64,000 bases of DNA, taken from NCBI GenBank assembly GCA_003551495.1, contig PUMT01000231.1, positions 26,685-90,684 of the forward strand. Reading direction: 5' to 3'. The position numbers and the translations under genes were made by a program. Below, in pieces: positions 55,265 through 64,000 of the stretch. Position 1 is the stretch's first letter; each line of letters begins with the position of its first letter. The notes beneath the pieces were generated by a model. The model saw only the letters and a list, made by a program, of their open reading frames with translations, made no database searches and was not told the DNA's origin. Source of the stretch: Bacteroidota bacterium. GTDB taxonomy: Bacteria; Bacteroidota; Bacteroidia; Bacteroidales; PUMT01.

Positions 55265-56092
55265 ATGCGGACAAGTCTTTTAGGCATAGAATTGATAAAA
55301 ATTTTAAAGTACAAATCCTTCAGGGTTCTGGCAGGTCTACATTTGTTCTTTTTTTTAGCAGTTGTTTTTCTTGCCTCCAGAATAAACATTGAGATACCCG
55401 GGTTCAATCCACGAAATTTGTTTGCTTTCCCGTATGTTTGGCAAACAGTTGCCTGGTTTGCAAGCTGGTTTAATATTTTACTTGTATTTATAATAATAAT
55501 GCTTACCTGTAATGAATTCTCCTACAATACTTTCCGGCAGCATATTATAAACGGGTTAACACGAGACCAGCTTCTGGCAGGAAAAGGTGCCGTTATCCTT
55601 TTACTGGGTGTTTATTCTTTTCTGCTGGTTCTGATAACAGGAGGGTTATTCGGACTCTTTTTCAGTACTGATATGACAATCTCCCGGGTTTTCAATGATT
55701 TTCACATTTTACTGGTTTATTTTTTGCAAACAATTGCCTATATGGTTATTGGGATGGCTATTGCAATTCTTATGAAAGGGACTGCATTGTCGATTGTAAT
55801 GTTTTTTCTTCTGCGTATATTGATTGAACCAGTACTGAGAAGTTTTTTCGACCCTGTTGCCAGACAATATTTCCCTGTAAGAGCTATATCAAACCTGACA
55901 CCTGTACCGGAATTCCTCTCAATTGCATCGGAAAGTCAAATTATTACAGATGGTAACGATATGCTGACCTTTGAATCTATGGGACTGGTTTCCCATCAGC
56001 TTCCCCTTTTGACCAGTGTGCTCCTGGCAGCCGGCTATACCCTGATTTTTATAATTCTGATCAGAAACTACCTTAAACGAATCAGCCTGTAA
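55265..56092 (+). CDS. ABC-2 type transporter permease
   Basis: A polytopic membrane protein following the ATPase gene. The start is taken at ATG 55265 (MRTSLLGIELIK). The track ORF's upstream extension overlaps the ATPase gene. Confidence 0.7.
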   Translation: MRTSLLGIELIKILKYKSFRVLAGLHLFFFLAVVFLASRINIEIPGFNPRNLFAFPYVWQTVAWFASWFNILLVFIIIMLTCNEFSYNTFRQHIINGLTRDQLLAGKGAVILLLGVYSFLLVLITGGLFGLFFSTDMTISRVFNDFHILLVYFLQTIAYMVIGMAIAILMKGTALSIVMFFLLRILIEPVLRSFFDPVARQYFPVRAISNLTPVPEFLSIASESQIITDGNDMLTFESMGLVSHQLPLLTSVLLAAGYTLIFIILIRNYLKRISL

Positions 56093-56209
56093 AAGGTTCC
56101 CATATTTCATTTTCCCGGCAACTTTTTGTAAACTTCCGGGCTTGTAGCATATTTAATACGATCAAATTTTTTGTATATTTTTGTAATTAATAATCAATAA
56201 TTTGATGTT

Positions 56210-57655
56210 ATGCATATTGTCGATCTACTGGTTTTTATTGTTTACATGATAGTTGTACTGGGAATAGGGTTCTATTTTCTTATCCGGAATATCAACCCTG
56301 ATGATTTTTTTGTAGGAGGACGCAAGATGGGTCCTCTCCACGTGGGCTTGTCGGTTGTAGCAACCGATGTGGGCGGAGGCTTTTCAATTGGGTTGGGTGG
56401 ACTTGGTTTTATAATGGGCCTTGCCGGTTCATGGATGCTTTTTACCGGACTGATAGGGGCATGGCTCACAGCGGTGATACTCATACCAAGGGTCAGGGCA
56501 CTGTCGGATAAGAAGCCTATGTTTACCTTCCCGCAAATATTCGAGCATTTCTACAATCCAAAAGTTGCAATAACTGCCGGGTTTATTTCAGCAATCGGTT
56601 ACATAGGCTTCACAAGCTCACAGATACTGGCTGGAGCAAAGCTTGCTTCAGCCACATTTGTGGCACTTGATATGACAACCGCCCTTATCGTTATGGGTAT
56701 TATTGCAATTGTATATACAGTAATGGGAGGTCTCAAGGCTGTTATTTATACCGATACTTTCCAGTGGATAATACTGATGGGCGGACTTATTTTCATAGGG
56801 ATACCAATAGGATATAGTTCAGTTGGCGGGATGGAAGCAATCAGGAGTACAATCGGTCCGGAATTTATGTCATTCCGTAATGTGGCCTGGCAGACAATTG
56901 TAAACTGGGCTGTAACAATACTGCCAATCTGGTTTGTGGGAATGACACTTTACCAGCGAATATATTCCACGAGAGACAAAAAGCAGGCGCAGCGGGCATG
57001 GTTTATTGCCGGAATATTTGAATGGCCGCTTATGGCAATGATGGGAGTGGTGCTTGGACTCTTTGCCAGGGTTGCCTTTGAAAACGGAATGTTTGAATAT
57101 CTTGGATATATGGCCGGAGATGAGCTTGATCCGGAAAAGGGCCTTCCGCTTCTGTTGCGTACGGTATTGCCTGTTGGACTGATGGGATTAATGATGGCAG
57201 CCTATTTTTCAGCAATTATGTCAACAGCTGATAGCTGCATGATGGCTGCTTCGGGCAATATTCTTACTGATATACTCGATAAATTTTTCAATATCAAAAG
57301 TGATCCTAAAACAGTACTAAGAATATCACAGGCACTTACATTCATAATCGGGTTTCTTGCCCTAATGCTGGCCCTTTATATGGAGAATGTTCTTGAGCTG
57401 ATGCTGTACTCCTATGCGTTTATGGTATCCGGACTGCTTGTTCCGGTTATTGCTGCTTTTTTCTGGAAAAAAAGGAATTCTGTTGCTGCCCTTTGGTCAA
57501 TGATAGCTGGTGGAGGGACTACCCTTATTCTTACTGCAACAGAGACAAAGCTTTTATTCGACCTTGATCCAAATATTTTCGGAATTACCGCATCAGCACT
57601 TGTTTTCATAACTTTTCTGAAAATATTCCCTGACAGGCAAAAAGCTGCTTCCTGA
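56210..57655 (+). CDS. Sodium:solute symporter family transporter
   Basis: 481 aa with about 13 TM segments and SSF-like motifs (FFVGGRKMG, GGLKAVIYTDTFQ). Confidence 0.8.
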   Translation: MHIVDLLVFIVYMIVVLGIGFYFLIRNINPDDFFVGGRKMGPLHVGLSVVATDVGGGFSIGLGGLGFIMGLAGSWMLFTGLIGAWLTAVILIPRVRALSDKKPMFTFPQIFEHFYNPKVAITAGFISAIGYIGFTSSQILAGAKLASATFVALDMTTALIVMGIIAIVYTVMGGLKAVIYTDTFQWIILMGGLIFIGIPIGYSSVGGMEAIRSTIGPEFMSFRNVAWQTIVNWAVTILPIWFVGMTLYQRIYSTRDKKQAQRAWFIAGIFEWPLMAMMGVVLGLFARVAFENGMFEYLGYMAGDELDPEKGLPLLLRTVLPVGLMGLMMAAYFSAIMSTADSCMMAASGNILTDILDKFFNIKSDPKTVLRISQALTFIIGFLALMLALYMENVLELMLYSYAFMVSGLLVPVIAAFFWKKRNSVAALWSMIAGGGTTLILTATETKLLFDLDPNIFGITASALVFITFLKIFPDRQKAAS

Positions 57656-57762
57656 AAACTGATGCTTTTTATGCTAACTTAAAAGAGGCTGTATTAAATG
57701 AAAAATTAAGCCCCCGGGAATTGAGTATCAGGAAATCTTTTCGGATAATAAGTACACAAAAA

Positions 57763-57794
57763 AGAGGGTGTTTCATTCTTTTGAAACACCCTCT
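57763..57794 (-). terminator. Intrinsic terminator between convergent genes
   Basis: A 13-bp stem (AGAGGGTGTTTCA / TGAAACACCCTCT). An A-run on the + side gives a U-tract for the - strand M16 transcript. Confidence 0.8.
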
Positions 57795-57825
57795 TTGGAG
57801 CGGGCAATTCTTTCCCTGTTCTCAC

Positions 57826-59910
57826 CTATTCCGGACTGAATAGCTCATCTGACAGACCCTGGTTAATTTTTATATTTGTTACTTCCATGTCTATCGACTG
57901 TGGGCCGGCCTGCTGCATCATCCTGAAAGGGAATTTTAATCCGTTTACTGTTCTGTAATCACTGTAAGTGGTAATCTGTGTTATTTCTCCCATAGGGGAC
58001 TGTTCCGTAACCGTAGTCTGAACTCTGAAGCCAGTTTCAACATCAAAATGATCTGTTCTTTTAATGTTTCCCGGTCCGGTAATGTTTATTTTGTAAGCGC
58101 TTACCCCGTTAATGGCTTCAATTCCGTCAAGTTCCAGTTCAAACCCCATTTCTTCATAATAAAGCTCGATATTCATTGTAAACTGCAGCTTCATTTGCTT
58201 AATCATCTCATCGTCAAGGTTCATTTCGCCCTGCGGCATTTTAATAACACCTTTCTCACCGTCAAATATTTGCTCCTGCAAAATGTTGCCGCTCATGCTC
58301 ATCGATGAATAATACTTGTTTGGTGCTTTCTGGTGGGTTACTGTTTGGATGCTCATCCCCTGCATTGAAGCTTCCATTTCAATCGTTATATCCTCAATTT
58401 TTTCAAGATTTCTCCTGCCACCTACAGCATCAATGTATTTATCGATCACATCAGTGGCCTCAAGTCCTTCCGGCACAGCCTGGCCTGTGTCAACAAGCCG
58501 GTTTCCGAAAGGATCGAAGAATTCCACGTCACCTGAAATGCTGAATTTCTCCAGTGTTTCAGCAACCTCGTTCCTGTTGCCTCCTACCACTATGTAGGCG
58601 TTATCAGGGAGAAGGTATCTACGGGCCATTTTTTGCACATCAGAGACCGATACATTATTAAGCCTTTCAAGATATGTGGTATAATAATCATCCGGCAAAT
58701 CATAACGCTCAATATTGAGCGCAAAATTTGCTACTGTTTGCGGACTTTCAAGTGACCTGGCAAAACTTCCCGTCATAAAATTCTTAATAAGGTCCATTGT
58801 TTCATCATCAACAGGCTCGTTCCTCAATCGCTCCATTTCGTAAAGGATTTCAGTTACCGCACTGTCTGTTACAGAGTTGCGAACCTCTGTGCGGGCATTG
58901 AAGCGCGCTGCAAGCGGGTCAGTTGAAATGCTTGACCTGGCCCCGTATGTATAACCCTTGTCCTCACGCAGATTCTGCATTAGCCTTCCCGAAAAAACAC
59001 CCCCTCCCAGAATGCTGTTCATCACACTGGTGCTTATTGCATCAGGATGACCGGGAGTAAGCTGAATGGGGTATGTTACTGAGATAACCGACTGAACGGC
59101 TCCGGAACGGTTTGCAAATGCCACTCTTCTCCCATCAGGAGGCTGAGGTGTTTCATATTTGTGAGAAGGCACTTCACCCGGCTCCCAACCGGAAAAAAAC
59201 CTGTCAATCAGCTCTTCAGCAGTCTCAACGTCCATATCACCTACAACTACCATATATGCAACATTTGGTTTGAAATAGGTTTCATAGTATTCCCTGCATT
59301 TCTCAATTGTTATATTTTCAAGTGTTTCTTCAGTTGTTATTTCACCGTACGGATGGTCACTGCCGTAAACCAGTACCGATGAAACATTGTTCACCATAGA
59401 TGAAGCATCTGTTCGGACAGTTGAAAGGGCAGATTTTGACTGCCTCAGGCTGCGTTCCAGTTCTTGTTGCGGGAAAGTTGGGTTCAGCAAAATATCTGAC
59501 ATAAGATCCAGGAGCGATTCGGCGTGCCTGGTCAGGGATGAGCCGAACATTCCCCTTGAGTGGGTGTTTATTGTCGCACCGAGAAAGTCTGTTTCTTCAT
59601 CAATCTGCTGTTTTGTCCTGTTACTGGTGCCTGTTCTCATAAGCTCACCGGCCATGCTAACGTATCCTTTGGCATCTTTTTCCAGAATCCTGTCAATATC
59701 CAGGGTAATCTGGAAGGAAACTACCGGTACAGTCCTGTTCTCCACAACAATAACCCTTATTCCGTTATCTGTTGTAAATGTTTCATATTCACCTATATGT
59801 ATGACCGGAGGGGGTCCGGGTTCCGGCGGTCTGCTGCGATCAATCTGTGCATTGGCAGACACTGTTAAAATTAAAGTGAAAAGAAAAATCAGGGGTATTA
59901 TTTTTTTCAT
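57826..59910 (-). CDS. M16 family peptidase-like protein (non-catalytic type) with an extra C-terminal domain
   Basis: 694 aa with a signal peptide and the two-lobed M16 fold but no HxxEH motif. About 220 additional beta-rich residues lie at the C-terminus. Confidence 0.7.
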   Translation of the reverse strand: MKKIIPLIFLFTLILTVSANAQIDRSRPPEPGPPPVIHIGEYETFTTDNGIRVIVVENRTVPVVSFQITLDIDRILEKDAKGYVSMAGELMRTGTSNRTKQQIDEETDFLGATINTHSRGMFGSSLTRHAESLLDLMSDILLNPTFPQQELERSLRQSKSALSTVRTDASSMVNNVSSVLVYGSDHPYGEITTEETLENITIEKCREYYETYFKPNVAYMVVVGDMDVETAEELIDRFFSGWEPGEVPSHKYETPQPPDGRRVAFANRSGAVQSVISVTYPIQLTPGHPDAISTSVMNSILGGGVFSGRLMQNLREDKGYTYGARSSISTDPLAARFNARTEVRNSVTDSAVTEILYEMERLRNEPVDDETMDLIKNFMTGSFARSLESPQTVANFALNIERYDLPDDYYTTYLERLNNVSVSDVQKMARRYLLPDNAYIVVGGNRNEVAETLEKFSISGDVEFFDPFGNRLVDTGQAVPEGLEATDVIDKYIDAVGGRRNLEKIEDITIEMEASMQGMSIQTVTHQKAPNKYYSSMSMSGNILQEQIFDGEKGVIKMPQGEMNLDDEMIKQMKLQFTMNIELYYEEMGFELELDGIEAINGVSAYKINITGPGNIKRTDHFDVETGFRVQTTVTEQSPMGEITQITTYSDYRTVNGLKFPFRMMQQAGPQSIDMEVTNIKINQGLSDELFSPE

Positions 59911-59936
59911 TTTGTCAGGTTAAAAATGGTTAATAA

Positions 59937-61262
59937 TTAATTTTCCGGTTCAGGCAGGAAATAGAGCACCACCCTGTTATCCTCCCTGAAATACCTGTTG
60001 GCAACCCTCTGAATATCATCCCGGGTAACCTCCATGTATTTTGAGAGTTCGGTATTTATTCTGTTTGCATCTTTGAAAATTGTGTGATAAGTTGCAAGGT
60101 TGTTCGCCCGGCTGGCAATAGTCCTGTTACTGTTAACAAAACTGTTCTCAGTCTGATTAATTACTTTTTGCATCTCAAACTCAGATATTAATTCGTTCCG
60201 GACTTTCTCCAGCTCCTTGTTTATTGCAGCTTCAAGTGTTTCCGGATCTGTACCGATATTTGGCATAGCATAAATTATTGCCAGTCCGGGATGCTCGAGC
60301 CCCAGTGGCATGGCCTGAACCATCATCGCTATCTGCTGCTCGTCCACAAGTGAACGGTGCAACCTCGAACTTTCACCTCTGGAAAGCAGTGCTGCAAGCA
60401 TATCAACTGCATAATAGTCATCACTTCCCTGAGCCGGTATGTGGTAAGCCTGTAAAACCAAAGGCAACTGGATGTTATCGTAAACAGTATCGCGCACTTC
60501 GGCTGTTCTGACAGGCTCAACCGGCTCCGGACGGTAAATCTCATGCCTGCCTCGCGGTATATCTGCAAAATATTTTGCAACCAGTTTCCGGGTTTCTTCT
60601 ATTTCAATGTCACCCGCAATTGTAAGCACTGCATTTTCAGGCACATAAAACATGCTATGAAATTCACTGAATTCATGGTCCTCCGCATAACGGATATGCT
60701 CTTCCTTGCCCAGCACGTCCCAGCGGTATGGATGCTTTGTGTAAGCCCTGCTTAATGTTTCTGCCAAAAGCCTTCCGTAAGGCTGATTGTCACGTGTTTG
60801 CTTCATTTCTTCTATTACCACATCTTTTTGGGTGGCTATGCCAACCGAATCGACTTTAGCATGAAGCAGTCTTTCGGATTCCAGCCACAGTCCGAGTTCA
60901 AGCTGGTTTGAGGGAAGTAGCTCGAAATAGTAGGTTAAATCGAAGGAGGTATATGCGTTAAGTGTCCCCCCTGCTCCTTCAACATAACGGTCGAATTCAC
61001 CCCTTTCAATGTGTTTGGTCCCTTCAAACATCAGATGTTCGAAAAAGTGGGCAAAACCTGTTCGTTCAGGGTTCTCATTTTTAGAACCCACATGGTACAT
61101 CATTGTCACTGCAACGACAGGCGTTGAATTATCCTTGTGAAGGATTACATGTAATCCGTTGTCAAGGGTGTATTCAACAAAATCTATCCGGGTTGCCTGC
61201 GCTTGCAGCAAAGTATGACCTGCAAGGCAGATCAGAATCTTTAAGATAAGTAGTTTTCTCAT
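59937..61262 (-). CDS. M16 family zinc metallopeptidase (pitrilysin/insulinase type)
   Basis: 441 aa with a signal peptide, the inverted zinc motif HFFEHLMFEG (HxxEH) and a downstream Glu. Confidence 0.85.
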   Translation of the reverse strand: MRKLLILKILICLAGHTLLQAQATRIDFVEYTLDNGLHVILHKDNSTPVVAVTMMYHVGSKNENPERTGFAHFFEHLMFEGTKHIERGEFDRYVEGAGGTLNAYTSFDLTYYFELLPSNQLELGLWLESERLLHAKVDSVGIATQKDVVIEEMKQTRDNQPYGRLLAETLSRAYTKHPYRWDVLGKEEHIRYAEDHEFSEFHSMFYVPENAVLTIAGDIEIEETRKLVAKYFADIPRGRHEIYRPEPVEPVRTAEVRDTVYDNIQLPLVLQAYHIPAQGSDDYYAVDMLAALLSRGESSRLHRSLVDEQQIAMMVQAMPLGLEHPGLAIIYAMPNIGTDPETLEAAINKELEKVRNELISEFEMQKVINQTENSFVNSNRTIASRANNLATYHTIFKDANRINTELSKYMEVTRDDIQRVANRYFREDNRVVLYFLPEPEN

Positions 61263-61392
61263 TCTTTTCAGGAATAGGTTTTTATAAAAAATTTAGGTGA
61301 TATTTTTCAAAGCAGGACAGCAAATTATTATCAGAAGTTATTTTAGGGAATTTAATTTTTTTCTAAAATAAAAGTAATAAAAAATCAGATAC

Positions 61393-61428
61393 AAAAACAC
61401 TCCGTAAAAAAAATTACGGAGTGTTTTT
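61393..61428 (-). terminator. Intrinsic terminator after the S9 peptidase gene
   Basis: The stem is AAAAACACTCCGTAA / TTACGGAGTGTTTTT with an A6 loop. T/A runs on both sides make it potentially bidirectional. Confidence 0.8.
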
Positions 61429-61520
61429 CAAAGGCAGCATCCACTGCTTATTCTTCCAGGTACCAGAACGGATCGGGGCCGGCAATAAAACATTTCATTG
61501 CCATAGTATATAAAATACCC

Positions 61521-64000
61521 TTAAAGATTTTTCTCAGGATATTGCTCTTCCCACCATTCCGGCTCACTTTTCAACCATTTGTCGAACCATGCCAGAATAG
61601 TATTGTTCCAGTCGATACGCCTGTCATACTTTAAAATATGATGATCTTCACCGGCCACTTTAACAAGTTCAACCGGACTCCCAAGTATCTTCAGCGCAAC
61701 GTACATCTGTATGCTCTCGCCCGGTGGAACGTTGGTGTCAGAGTCACCGTGAAGCATAAGCAAAGGTGTGGTAATTCTGTCAGCGCTATATAACGGGCTC
61801 CTCTCAACATAAAGTTCGCGGTTGTTCCATGGATAGCTGCCGGCACTGGCTTCAGCACTGTAACCATATCCCCAGTATCCTTCTCCCCAGTAGCTTGCAA
61901 TATTACTTATACCTGCATGAGACATTGCGGCCGAAAAAATATCGGTTCGGGTCAGCAACAGCATTGTCATGAATCCGCCATAGGAAGCTCCAAGGCACCC
62001 AACCCTTTCTTTGTCAATAAAAGGATGGGCATTGAGAAATTTTTCTGTACCCTCAATTATTTCATCTGCTACAGTTGCCCCCCAATTATTGACGTGTCTT
62101 GCCGAGAATTCCTGGCCAAAACCAATTGCACCGCTTGGCTGAAGCACATATACCACATATCCGTTAGCCGCATAAAGGTTGAAGGGGTATCGTCCCCCAA
62201 AACCCCTGGTAACAGGAGTGGTGCCGCCATAGTAGTAAACAAGCAGAGGGTACTTTTCTGATTTGTCAAAACCTGGCGGATAATAGATTCGGCCTTTTAT
62301 TGTCGATCCGTCAGAACTGATAAAATCCCAGTCCTGATTTTCCCCGAACCTTACATGCCTGTATTTTTCCTCTTCCGGTTTTTCAAGGATCCGGAATCGA
62401 TTGCTTTTCAGATCCATCTTGTAAACTGCAGGTGGTGCAGAGATGGAGGTTCCGGTATATACCGCCTGAAGTGCGCTGTTTGCAGTCCTGAAGCGCGAAG
62501 TTATGTCAACCCCGGTATCAATTGTTGTAAAACTCCTGTTGCCGGGGTTATAAGTGTAGAGTCTCTGGTAATCTTCATCCTGTGCCACCAGGTAAATCAG
62601 GTTATCTGGTTTGTTCCATAACGCTTCTGAAACGGAAGGGGCAAAATCCAGGGTTATGGGATCGATCCTGCCCGTACCTATATCGTAAATATAAGCCTGG
62701 GTATCATAATTGTTTGCAATCATTCCTTCCGGGATATTTTCACCCAGTTCACCGAAAGCAGACGGCCCCCCGGTCATAAGCAGTTTTCTGCCATCTGGCG
62801 AAAAACCGGCAGATACACCCCACCTCAATTCCTTAAATATTGTATCGACTTCTTTGGTAGAAAGATCCATCAAATAAACGTTCTGTTTTGAAAATGGTCT
62901 TTCCTGGTAATCGGGCCAGCTTTGACTGAATACAATCCTTTTGTTGTCAGGACTTATATCATGCAGGGATGTAGTTAGAAAACCATGGGTCAGCCTCTTG
63001 CGCAAACCGGTTTCAACATCAACGATATAAAGGAAGCTTCTGCTGCGGAAGCCCGGAATGCGGTCACGCATTCCATGCACCCTTTTAAAGTCGCTATTCC
63101 TGCCGGAGAGTTCTTCACTTATGGAAAATATTATATGTTTGCCGTCAGGTGTCCATTTGTATGAACCCATATTTTCAATTCCTTCAAGAATTGAATAATA
63201 ACTCCCTTTCTCAAGGTCATATAACCACAGGGAAGCTTTACCCTGCCTTGAAGTTCTGAAAGAAAACCTGTCACCTGCCGGGGCCCATTCAAAGGATGAG
63301 ATGTTGGCATGTCGGAATGTTTTTACAACACTTCCGTCAGATACTCTTCTGATTTCTGTCCAGTTCTCCGAGTCCCCGTCAGGAGGATATGTATAACTGT
63401 AATGTATGGCATACCTGGCGGCATCAGGAGAAAGTATCACATTCCCTGCTTTTTGTCCGTCAAGCACATGATTAATATTTTTACCCATAACAGGTGAAGT
63501 CCCGGCAGCAACAACGTTATCACCTGCAAATTCTGCCGGAGTGAATGCGCCTTTTAACGACCAGTCATTTTTTTCACTTCCGTAATGGAAGCATCGAACC
63601 ATTACGAGATGGTTTCCTGTAGTCAGTTTCAGTTCTCCTGACCACCTGCCCGGATCATCTTCCGGCTCTTCCCGTGTGGTTTTTGTTCCAATGCTTTTAC
63701 CATCTATATAAACTTCAAAGGGGTAACGGCTGGTAATTTCCAGCATCCCTTTTGTCCATCGCCCGGTTTCCAGATAAAAGGCCATATAACCGGTAAGATA
63801 CTTACCGCTAAAGCTTTTGGGCAACAATGCAAAACCTTCTTTATCAGCTTTGACCTTCTCCCATTTACTGCTGTGGGATGCGCTCCAGGCAAATTTTTTT
63901 CCAGCTTCCGGATATAAACCCGATATATCCTTTGGAATAAAAGCAAACAGATCTTTTGGCGTAAAAATTTCTCCTTCCAGGTTTTCTGTTTCAGAAAAAA
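61521..64000 (-). CDS. S9 family serine peptidase (prolyl oligopeptidase / acylaminoacyl-peptidase type), 5' end outside the window
   Basis: It has beta-propeller-like repeats and a C-terminal alpha/beta hydrolase domain with the nucleophile motif GASYGGFM and HGDSDTNV. The reading frame stays open past the track's TTG at 63827 to the window edge. Confidence 0.85.
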   Translation of the reverse strand, partial: FSETENLEGEIFTPKDLFAFIPKDISGLYPEAGKKFAWSASHSSKWEKVKADKEGFALLPKSFSGKYLTGYMAFYLETGRWTKGMLEITSRYPFEVYIDGKSIGTKTTREEPEDDPGRWSGELKLTTGNHLVMVRCFHYGSEKNDWSLKGAFTPAEFAGDNVVAAGTSPVMGKNINHVLDGQKAGNVILSPDAARYAIHYSYTYPPDGDSENWTEIRRVSDGSVVKTFRHANISSFEWAPAGDRFSFRTSRQGKASLWLYDLEKGSYYSILEGIENMGSYKWTPDGKHIIFSISEELSGRNSDFKRVHGMRDRIPGFRSRSFLYIVDVETGLRKRLTHGFLTTSLHDISPDNKRIVFSQSWPDYQERPFSKQNVYLMDLSTKEVDTIFKELRWGVSAGFSPDGRKLLMTGGPSAFGELGENIPEGMIANNYDTQAYIYDIGTGRIDPITLDFAPSVSEALWNKPDNLIYLVAQDEDYQRLYTYNPGNRSFTTIDTGVDITSRFRTANSALQAVYTGTSISAPPAVYKMDLKSNRFRILEKPEEEKYRHVRFGENQDWDFISSDGSTIKGRIYYPPGFDKSEKYPLLVYYYGGTTPVTRGFGGRYPFNLYAANGYVVYVLQPSGAIGFGQEFSARHVNNWGATVADEIIEGTEKFLNAHPFIDKERVGCLGASYGGFMTMLLLTRTDIFSAAMSHAGISNIASYWGEGYWGYGYSAEASAGSYPWNNRELYVERSPLYSADRITTPLLMLHGDSDTNVPPGESIQMYVALKILGSPVELVKVAGEDHHILKYDRRIDWNNTILAWFDKWLKSEPEWWEEQYPEKNL

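Noticed and set aside
1-64000. A window-wide look for CRISPR arrays, transposases, integrases, phage genes, toxin-antitoxin pairs and known defence systems.
   Set aside because: I found no direct-repeat/spacer arrays, no DDE, tyrosine or serine recombinase motifs, and no recognisable defence gene signatures. The gene content is housekeeping and envelope functions throughout.

Overview
This 64 kb window looks like mostly core chromosome from an AT-rich, probably anaerobic member of the Bacteroidota. That assignment is an inference from gene order (purH-mreB-mreC-mreD-mrdA-rodA; recQ divergent from kdsD-tatC-lptB; tig-clpP...clpX), the near absence of Shine-Dalgarno sequences, and the presence of AOR and radical-SAM genes. 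I call about 50 protein genes, one tRNA-Leu(UAG) and several intrinsic terminators. I saw no rRNA, CRISPR array, transposase, integrase or recognisable defence genes. Six things are not explained by ordinary annotation. (1) A roughly 196-nt intergenic element occurs in two direct copies (3272-3467 and 16071-16266) with a 76-nt core that is identical by eye; a possible degenerate third copy lies at 33148-33212. All copies sit upstream of + strand genes, and none matches an RNA or repeat family I recognise. (2) Copy B lies in the divergent intergenic region between an incomplete AmmeMemoRadiSam module (Memo-like protein B plus the radical SAM enzyme, with no AMMECR1 partner in the window) and a second, PflX-type radical SAM gene with a twin-arginine-like N-terminal extension. 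(3) The adenine deaminase gene carries an in-frame TAA at 7192-7194, followed by 56 further conserved codons. (4) That gene is preceded by a 36-bp perfect palindrome with a TTCCACGTGGAA core. The same core recurs directly after the mnmG stop codon, and a strong AAGGAGGTG ribosome-binding site lies just before the start codon, which is atypical for this window. (5) An AOR-family oxidoreductase gene sits between clpP and clpX. (6) There are two paralogous secreted proteins of unknown function and an ECF sigma / anti-sigma / beta-barrel module. All calls come from reading the sequence and the ORF track by eye. No searches were run, and coordinates of small motifs may be off by 1 nt.
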